Shown here piece by piece: positions 54,660-64,000 of a stretch of DNA of 64,000 nucleotides; position 1 is the stretch's first letter, and each line of letters starts with the position of its first letter. The notes beneath the pieces are model-generated. The model had not been told where the DNA came from, did no database searches, and saw only the letters and a list, made by a program, of their open reading frames with translations. This DNA is from Monocercomonoides exilis PA203 (taxonomy: Eukaryota > Protista > Preaxostyla): assembly GCA_001643675.2 (NCBI GenBank), contig LSRY02000013.1:930001-994000 (forward strand), written 5' to 3'. Made by a program: the position numbers and the translations under genes.

Positions 54660-55465
54660 ACAAAGATGTCTCCCTCACTCTCCTCATCTCAACATTTATT
54701 CCTTCTCAAACACTCATCTTCAGCGCAGTTGAAACCATAATCACAAAAAAATGGCACAACTGCCACAACCATCTCCTCCAACGGAATTCCTCAATCTCCA
54801 TCATCGTCTTCTTCTGCCTCTTCCTCTTCACCAGATCCATCAGCCTCTTCTGCCCTCCTTCAACAGACTCAAGGTTCCCTCATAGTCTCTGCTCTCGCCA
54901 TCGCCCACAACTCCTCAAATCAAATCACCCCCATCCTCTTCCACTTCTCCAAAAATCCCCCTTCCCTCACCCTCAACTCCTCCAACATCACCGACATCAC
55001 CTCCACAGCCACTCCCGCCAGCTGTGTCCTCTCCTCTGTCACCTCCCCTGCCCTCTCCCTCTCCCTCACCAACTGTACCATCACCGACATCGACCCAGCT
55101 CCACAACACCAACAGACTGCCACCAATGGCGGATGCATCTCATTCTCCTCATCTGCCTCTGCCAACACATTTTCTGTGAGGAACACAAATTTCTCCACCT
55201 GCTCTGTGAGCGAGGATACAAGTTCTGGAGGAAGAGGTGGTGCTCTCATGATCGAGTTCAAGGATGGTTCAGAAGTGTCATCCACCTCCTTTTCCATGAT
55301 GAATGTCGTGTTTTCAGCCAACAAGGCGAGTATAGGAAGAGATATGTATTTTGTGTGTGAGTCACTTGTCGCTTCTGTGAAAGAGCCCTTGTTCACCTTC
55401 ATGACAAGCATCACTCAGAAAGACAACTCGGTTGTTGGACATGACTGAACAGAGACATTCAGTTG
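54660..55465 (+). pseudogene. Decayed internal fragment of the beta-helix surface-protein family
   Basis: TNGGCISF..FSTCSVSEDTSSGGRGGALMI..FSANKASIGRDMYFVC..GHD* matches the ectodomain repeat. It has stops and frameshifts and lacks the TM and tail. Confidence 0.7.
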
Positions 55466-58124
55466 CTGTTGATTGATCGACTCTTCACTGACAAAGCGAG
55501 CGCTAACTGAGAATGTGATTTGATGTTGTTCATTGTGGGATGGAGAAGACTCCATGTTTGAGAGTAAATAATCGAATATCATTTTTCAAAAGAATAAAAA
55601 ATGTTATTTGCAAGGTTGTGCATTAAAAACAGTTGACCATCAGGTGTTTGAAAGAAAGGAGTTGGAGAAATCAGTGCATTTTGTGATCTTTGTTCAATAG
55701 CACTTCAACTCCAGTCAGTGATGGGTGAAGTGTGAAAGTTGAGAAGGAGTGAGTTGATTTCATTTGTTATTCAGATTCAACGAATGATGTAATATCTTCC
55801 TTTTATTTTCAAAATATTCGATACTGTTTTCGAACAACTAAATCTTGAAAGAGCATGAACCAGTGATTTTCGACTTGAATGAAAAAACCTTTTTGAGTTT
55901 CAAAATCAATTCACCTCTGGCTATAATACTGTTTTCATTTTTTCTTGCACTCACATTCACTCACAGAAGAGGAATTTCAAAGGATATCTCAAAGTGGATC
56001 TAGGCCAATTTTCCATTTTTCATGACAATGTGAAGAAATGTGAACAAAATACTTGTGGATAAACAACATGAAAAAGCTGTTCTCATATGACCCATTTCAC
56101 TTCCAACCACTTCATTAATGCCTGTTGAAAGAAATTAGAAATGGTTCCAAATGCAAACATCAACAGGCGAAACACTTTCTTTTCCAAAAAATACTAATTC
56201 TGTTTCAAGAGAAGAAAGAACGATAAACAAGTCAAAGAAAATGACACATGATACCTGTGAATCAAATTGATGAAGGATATTATTTTATCAAAAGTGCTGA
56301 AAAGCTTTTTTTCCCATAGAACAAAAAAACCAATTTCAAACAATTCAAATCAGCATGTTTGAGACATTGTCTTCTCTCTGCATTCTGAGTGTGCTCTCAG
56401 AATCGATGATCTTTTTCTTATTGCTTGATTTGTTCTTTTCTTTTCACATTTTCCCACAAATGTTATATTTTCATCATGTTTCACCTTTTTTTATCCAAAC
56501 AGAACTAATTGTGATTGTTTTCATTTTTCTCTTTGATCACATTCATAGAAAAGTTTCATCTCTTTAAATGTAACAAATTCATTATTATCCATGTTTAATG
56601 AACAAAAATCTAGAGAGGGACCAAGCCTCCATGTAACTCTTCAATATAATAGGATCTCTACTTCAGTGTTTTTGTTATATGACCAGTTGTCTGACAAACA
56701 AAAAGAAAGGAAAAAGTACACTCCAACAATCAACATTTCCATCAACATCCTTTGGCTGTTGAGTTTCTCACAAAAAAATCACGTTGACAAATGCAAACAA
56801 TAACGGCTTACCAAATGAAATGAACTTTTTTGTATTGGTGAAATGTCAAAGAAAGAATAGTCAACAGCACGTTTTCAAGTTTCAATGCATTTACTTTTGC
56901 TCTGCAATAAAAGAACTCACAAACACTCTTTCTCTCCTTTGAAGAATGTGTTCAACAAGATGAATAGAAGTTGATAAGAAAAGTTTAATGATTGGCTCTC
57001 ATTAAAGATTGTTGGGAACATCAAGAGTGTGAGAAGAAGAAAATAATCTCTGAACATGAATGTCACCTGATTGATTGCCTGCATAATGCTTTTGAGATTT
57101 TTATTTTTTATTCATTTTTTCAGACACTTTTTATTGACAATTTTTGTTCACAAACCTTTTTCTGACAAAAGATGCATTTCCCATGAAAGTGTTTCTCAAA
57201 CATGAAATCGAGATATCGGCAAGTTCAACAATCAAAAATTGAGGCACATCTTTCAAAATGTTTCAAACACGCTCAATCCTTTTGATTTAAAAAATAATGT
57301 GAGTTGCTTCCACATTATTGAAAAAAAGAACTTATTTTCCACTTTCATTTTGAAAATCAAACCAGCAAAATATACTTCTTAACTTTTGATTTGTTGATCA
57401 AATCTTTGATTTTTGCTGTCTTGTTTCCCAGTTTTTTCACTTTCAAACAGCCTCAAATTCCTATTTTCATTTTTTTTCATGTTCTTTTCAAATCCATTTC
57501 CTTTTCCATCTTCTCCCTTTCTTGCTTTCCCCCTTATTCATTTCATTCTTCAATCCATAAACACCTTACTCATTTGCCTGCCTGCCATTTGCAATGCATC
57601 TTTTTTCCTTTTTCCACGTTTTTTGACTCTGGAAAGAATTAATTGCTGTGTTCCATCATTCATCAGTTCTCTGAGTTTGAAAAAGGGATGGACAGAATAA
57701 TCTTCCATATTTATTTCATCATTAAAAAAGACACAAAAATTCAGTTGTTCACCTTCAACTTTTCTGATTTATTATTAGTTTGTTTTTCAGGCTAAATTTT
57801 CTTATCAACGAACTGAAACGAAAATGTTATAAGCAGCATTATGAAATTCATGTAATTCTTTTGCAACATTCCAATTGGTGATCTTTCATTTTGGAAGTTA
57901 TTGTTTTTTATTTGATCTTAACGTCCATAATAGAATAATCAGAATTATTTATTGTTGTTTCACTTCCAGCAACTTGACAAATCCATCAATATCAAACAAA
58001 GAGGTGCGATCACAGATGTTTTTATGACTGTTTTGAATATATATTTGTTTCCAAATATATCTATTTGATACAATCTGTATTCTTTGTGAATACCAAAAAT
58101 GATGTTTCTTATTGTTGCATCTTT

Positions 58125-59553
58125 ATGAAGACCATGGAAGTTACATGTCCTGAAAAATTTCAAGGTTTTTGTACATTTCAGAATTTGAATCTTTAATGAT
58201 AAGATTTTTTTCTTTTTTTCTTTTTCTTTTGAAGAATTGCTTGATGAACTGGGGTGTTGTTCAGAAATTGAGCAAAAACAGATTATTGAAGAAATGAATG
58301 AAGCGATTGATAGAATGGATGAAAAAGAATTTGAATCAATTTTAGCAACAGAACTGTTCAATAAAGTGGACAAAATGATTAAAGAAAAGAATCTGTCAAT
58401 GGAAAATGCAATTTTGCTTCTGAAGCATGTTGGATATTACAAAGTTCTTTTGAACTTATGGTGTTATGAATTTTATGATTCCTTGTTATGCGGAAGATTT
58501 GAAAAGCTGATTATTGAAGAAGAAAAGAAGAATGAAGAAAAAAATGAAAATCTTCTTGTTGATCTTTGTGAATGTTATGCAGTGCTTAACGGTTATTATA
58601 TCTCGAGAGAGGAATTGTTTTTTATTTGTGTGTCTTGCCTTTTGAAAGTTGCATTGAAGAAAGAGGAAGATGAGACAACGCAAAAAGAAGTGGAAATGGC
58701 ATTGCTTGCTTTGACTTGCTTGCGTGAAGGAATTGTATGACCGTATCTTTGCTTTTTTTGAGTTAAATATTTTTCCTTCATTTTTTACAAACAGGAGATC
58801 AAAAAAAAGAAGAATTTGAAAAAGATTAAAGGAATAATCAAATATCATCAGAAACATCACAATCATACGCATGTTGCATATCAATCTGCTTGGAATTTAT
58901 TAATCATAAAAAATACTTTAGATAAAAACTATGAAAAACTGATTGTGAATGAACTGCATTTTGGAATGGAAGCGACAAGAGAGTTGGAAGAGCTTGTGAG
59001 ATGCGTGGATTGGAAGAAAAAAGAAAAAGATTCAGAAAGAAGAATGAAAATGATTGATTTTGCAATTGTGGACAGATGGTTGGACATAATTGAAATTTTC
59101 TTTGAATATTTCGAGATTAATAGTGAAGAATTTGCTGATTTGACTGGTTGCATGATAAGATTGTGCAGAGTAACAAGGGGGAATCGCAGTGATGTTGTCT
59201 ATCGATGTTGTAGCATTTTTGTGAAAATGATTATTTTCCAGCCAAATTTGATTGTTTTCAATGATTTGATGAAAAGCGGAGTTTTTGATTTCATTTTGGA
59301 GGAAGTTCACAATCAAACATTTAATGACTGTATGACAGGTGAATTCTTAATATTCTTTTTGAATGTTTCAAGGAAATTGAAAGAAAAGGAGAAAGACGAA
59401 AATGAGGAAGTGAAAAGAATCTTGTTTGATAAGATGGAAGAAGAAGGATTTGAGGATGTTATCGCAAGCTTTCATGAAATGTTTAATTTTCTCAGTAGTG
59501 AATATTTCTATGGATTATCTTTGAATGTTTCTGATTATTATTTGAATGCTTGA
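58125..59553 (+). CDS. Lineage-specific helical (ARM-like) family member, copy 4
   Basis: Exons ~58125-58164, 58235-58734, 58795-59553 join in frame (MKTMEVTCPEKFQE/LLDELGCC..); all family motifs present. Confidence 0.82.
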
Positions 59554-60034
59554 GGAAGTGAGATCTTTTTTATTTTGAGACACGAAAATTGAACTTTTTC
59601 TTCTTTTCGTGTCAATTCACTCATCAGGTTGCTCGAAAAATATTTTTAAAAAAATTGAATAGATTTTTTTATTTTTCCAATTTTTTGAATTTCATTGGCA
59701 CTTTTTTGTTTGTAATAGCCAATCGTTCAAATTACAAAAACTTAAATAGTCCTTTCACTTGGACTAACTTCTCAACAATATGAGAATATCTAATTATTTG
59801 TTCATATTATATATATATATATATATGGATATGTATATTTATTCTTTAGAAGTTACAAATTACAATGCCTATCAAACATTACGAGAAATGTTCCAATTTA
59901 AGAACTTTTTGTGGCATTTATTTCATATTTCTTTTTAATTTTAATAAAGTTGGAATGTGTTTGGCTGAACTTTTTTGACAATATTATTTGATATTCTGTT
60001 TGAAAGCTGCTCCTTCTGGTTTGGTATTTTCATA

Positions 60035-62555
60035 TCATTCATTATTAAAGCTATGTGGTGTTCTGCTCAGAAGAGAATGAGGAGAAAAAATAAAAAAACA
60101 AAATAATGAAATGAAAAAAACATATGGATCAACTTTCAACAAAATAATTAGTATAATTTTCTCGACTTTTAAAAAAAAAATCGTATTAACTCCCATCTCC
60201 ATGCAGCATTTCAATCCCAAAATGTAATCTTCATAACCTTCTTCCTCCATCTTTTCAAATATCTTTCGTTATATCTCTTTCTGTTCTGAATTCTCTTTCT
60301 CGGTTCCAATGTTTTCTTTCATTCTTTCATTAAGCTTTTCACAGAAATGAAAGCAATGAGCATTTATGTCATAGATCTCTTTTGAATGAACTGTTTCCCA
60401 TAAAGTGATGTCAACTGAACCTTCATTCACCAATGTATCAACTTTTGTGGCTCTGTTGTTCACTGCTCTTTCAAATGGATAAACACATTTGCAGCATATT
60501 TTTTTGTTTTTTCCCTTTGCTTCTTTACACAGTTTCACAAGACTTCCGATTAGTTCGGAATATTCTTCATTGCACAATTGACACAAGGTCAAGTGAAATC
60601 CAATCAAACGAAGCCATTTCAAAGAATACACATCTCTTTCGTTTCTTCTTCAACTTCTTCAACTTCTTCTTCTTCTCCTTCTTTCTCTCTCTTCCAATTC
60701 ATGCATTCCCTCAATTCATCCAGTTCTCTTTCAACCTCTTTTGCAAAATGGAGTTCTTTCGTAATAAATAGCCCCAGTTTTTCTTCATTCGATTTGTTTT
60801 TCAAAAGCATCCATGCTGACTGACAGGCAAGCCGTGCAAGGGTGTGATGCTGTTGATAATATTCGATGATTTCTGTAATTTCTTCCAAATATAGTTCTCT
60901 TTCCATTCCCTCTTCAATTGTTCGTGAAATATGTGCGAAATAAATAACAATTTCACAAACTTCACGAAATATTAGTCTGTTCAATGCAAGAAAAACCTCT
61001 TCCCATTCTTTTTGTGTTTCCTCGTCTTCATCTTTGTTCAATTCAATTTTCAGAAGACAAGGCACATAGGGTCAACTTTTTAATGGGACTTTTTTACTTA
61101 TTGGCACTTTTTATGTTTGAAGCTGCCAATCAACAAAAAGTCCCCAATGAATTTCAACACATACACCACACTTTTTAACTTGTTTCAGCCGATATTTTTG
61201 CAGTTTGTTTTTATATTTTTGTTCATTAGTCATTGAGAAATTTCGTTTTTTTGTTAAATTTGAATGGACATTTACCAGCCAACCAGGCAACGCCCATGAA
61301 ATCGGGGACATGTTTTGAATAGCTTTTACTAAGATCTATCTATTTTTATATTCTTTTTTTCACAAACACTTTTTTCTTGTTTTTTTTCACATTTCATTTT
61401 TTTAACAAAATGCAAACATAAAACCGATTATTTCTTTGTTTATATAATGAAATGATAAAACTAAAAATATGATATGAAAAACAAATGCATTTTTTATGAT
61501 GTGTTGAAAAAATAAAACATTGTTTTTTTCTATTTGTCTTGAACAGCCAAATGGTACCAACTGCATTTGATCTTTGATCAAACTTTTGTTGTTTTGATGA
61601 TTTCTTAACAATTAGAAAATTTAAATATTCAACTTTTTACACACATCATCATAAGTATGTTTATTTTACATATCATATTTTTAGTTTTATCATTTCATTA
61701 TATAAACAAAGAAATAATCGGTTTTATGTTTGCATTTTGTTAAAAAAATGAAATGTGAAAAAAAACAAGAAAAAAGTGTTTGTGAAAAAAAGAATATAAA
61801 AATAGATAGATCTTAGTAAAAGCTATTCAAAACATGTCCCCGATTTCATGGGCGTTGCCTGGTTGGCTGGTAAATGTCCATTCAAATTTAACAAAAAAAC
61901 GAAATTTCTCAATGACTAATGAACAAAAATATAAAAACAAACTGCAAAAATATCGGCTGAAACAAGTTAAAAAGTGTGGTGTATGTGTTGAAATTCATTG
62001 GGGACTTTTTGTTGATTGGCAGCTTCAAACATAAAAAGTGCCAATAAGTAAAAAAGTCCCATTAAAAAGTTGACCCTTCATTGAAACCAATTCGTTTGGC
62101 AGGATACATAAACCATTATGCAGCATCAAATAGCATTCACAAAGTCCAACAAGAAGATTTTCGTTTTTCTCACATATTTTTTTTGTTCTCTTCAATTATC
62201 ATCCTTTCAAATCTTTCATACACAGAAAATTCTTCAAAGAATACGTTCCATATTCTTTTTAGTACTTTGCAACATCTTAGATACTTTAACAATAATGATG
62301 TGTTTTCCATTGTTATTTTCTTTTCTTCAATCATTTCATGAATTTTGTTGAAAATTTTTGTCGTGAAAACAGTTTCGAATTCATTTCCATCCATTCAATC
62401 AATTACTTCATTCATTTCTTCGATTTTCTGTTTCTGCTCTTCCTCATTTCAATGTTCATTCTTAGAAAACAATTCTTCATTAAATAAAGATAAAAATTTA
62501 AATAGCATCAATCAAGAATTCAAATGCAACAACATTAGCACACCTGTAAACTTTC
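60035..62555 (-). pseudogene. ARM-like family copy 5, disrupted by stops, frameshifts and two insertions
   Basis: Fragments 62170-62394, 60619-61065, 60269-60631 and 60035-60250 in different frames; split by the element at 61069-62076; 5' end cut at ~62556. Confidence 0.85.
61069..62076. mobile_element. Non-autonomous foldback/MITE-like DNA transposon (1008 bp) with 408-bp TIRs
   Basis: TIRs 61069-61476 and 61669-62076; termini GGGTCAAC..GTTGACCC; interrupts coding sequence between ..NELVSM and YVPCLLK.. Confidence 0.92.
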
Positions 62556-64000
62556 TTGATAGAACGCAGTGAGACAGGATTTGCTCCGAAATAATGAGTA
62601 TTGTTCACGATTTATGGGCGGTTTAAGTGAAAACTTCGCCCTCCCAAAATGACGTGGGAAAAAGGGCGAGATGAAAATATAGACAAAAACATTTAGACAA
62701 AAATAAGTGTATTTTGAATTGTCCGCTTCACTTCACCACCTTCTTCGCCTTTTTGCCTTGGTCACGAAGACCAGAGGGCAGGGGACATTGCCCCTCGGAG
62801 CTTTCTCCTGCAGTCAGTGCAGGGATCCGGTGAGGCGAATATAATCAAGGAGCAGAAAGAAAAACCACTCTCGCTTCCGCGAGGCGTGGAAAAGAAAACT
62901 GCATGTTATGCGCTCTGCCTCCTGCTCTTCTGCTGCATCAGCAGAGCAACCCCAATCATCACACACTGCATATTAAATATTCAATTCTTCTCTGTAAAAA
63001 CAATAATAATCTTACAAAGGAGTAGGATCATGCTTGAACTTTTTATTTGTTTCCATGTTTCTCAAAAAAGGTTCTTGGTGTACATTAATATCTTCGGGCG
63101 GTTGATCTTTTCCTCTATCCTTCTATATCTCGCCCTTTTTCTCGTCATATTCCTCCAAATATGTTTCTCTCTGACGCACCCAGCCGCTCTGAGTCTCTCC
63201 ATCCGCGTTAGTATTATTTCGGAGCAAATCCTGTCTCACTGCGTTCTATCAATTCGCAATAGAGCGAATATCCGAACGCAAGAAGCAGGTTTGCTCCTCA
63301 ATAATGAGTTTTGAAATCCCTTTTTAAATATTTATTCTTACTTAATTTTATATTTATTTATTTATATATAATGATCTTAAACCCTCCTGCCTAGCACGTC
63401 ATCGTGCGGCGGATGATTAGAGAGCCTGCGGATGAAGGTGCGGCCATTGTCTCTACTCCCTTTATTTCTTGAGGTGTTTCCGAGGTGTTCTCGACCGGGA
63501 ATTCGTTCCTCTTGAGTTCTTTATTATATAACCTTGACTTCTTTCTCCATTCTTCCTCCGGTCTGTGCCCTTCTTTCTCTGTGAGGCAGTGCGTCTGCTT
63601 CCAGTCAGTTCGCTTCCGCTGCTGGGAATTATGAGGGATGTTCTCCGACTCTCGAGTGATCGGAATAAGTTGTGTTGTGATTGAGTTCTTTCTCTCAACT
63701 TTCTCTCTTCTCAGCTCAGGAAGTCTTGTCTCTTTAAATTCTTCCCTTTTCTCATATCTTCATCTCCCCCAGCTTCTGATATATGTATATATATATATAT
63801 ACATATTTGATACAATATTTCATCTCTGAATTTGCATTCTCGATTCACATATCCTTCATTCCTCCACTTATATCCAACTTTTCTTCTTCTCCACGAGGGG
63901 GTTCTTGAAAGTCGATCGTCAACAGGATCCATTTCATATCTTGAACAAGAAAAATGTTTTAAATTTTCTGTCCACTCTTGATCCTTGCTCCCCTCTTGCG
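62556..64000 (-). mobile_element. Putative 3' end of a DIRS-type (tyrosine-recombinase) retroelement: terminal repeat plus internal complementary region, continuing beyond the window
   Basis: Perfect 40-bp inverted match between 62556-62595 and 63213-63252, followed closely by a diverged copy of the terminus (63274-63309); GC-rich hairpins; decayed purine-rich coding-like sequence on the minus strand. Confidence 0.55.

Noticed and set aside
61111-62034. Identical 66-aa ORFs on opposite strands (61111-61311 and 61834-62034)
   Set aside because: Artefact of the 408-bp TIRs; no transposase similarity.
62556-63252. Simple 697-bp MITE with 40-bp TIRs and a TTC target duplication
   Set aside because: Formally possible because TTC flanks both sides, but disfavoured: the host gene does not resume and the right flank is itself a diverged terminus copy. 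Kept as the alternative hypothesis.
62744-63436. Hammerhead, HDV or twister ribozyme, or snoRNA assignment for the hairpins
   Set aside because: Core motifs (CUGANGA/GAAA, the HDV nested pseudoknot, the twister GGUCCC/AAGC-type loop, paired C/D boxes) could not be placed by eye.

Overview
Eukaryotic, intron-containing, standard-code protist DNA with GC-richer exons and very AT-rich spacers; the gene families and style suggest an oxymonad such as Monocercomonoides (inference). The first ~15 kb holds housekeeping-type genes: a coiled-coil protein, an exosome RNase PH subunit, radial spoke protein 3, an RBR E3 ligase, a divergent importin-alpha-like ARM protein and an unknown gene. The rest is accessory-like. 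It has two giant (~2.9k and ~3.2k aa) beta-helix surface receptors ending in a kinase C-lobe-only domain, five copies of a lineage-specific helical gene family (three intact, two pseudogenes), and a 2.7k-aa low-complexity protein with an apparently split SANT domain between tRNA-Thr(AGT) and an intron-containing tRNA-Met(CAT). There are also two related ~1 kb long-TIR foldback elements. At the right edge lies what looks like the 3' end of a DIRS-type retroelement (terminal repeat, internal complementary region, structured RNA) inserted in a pseudogene. Exon boundaries were inferred by eye from GT-AG sites and frame continuity.
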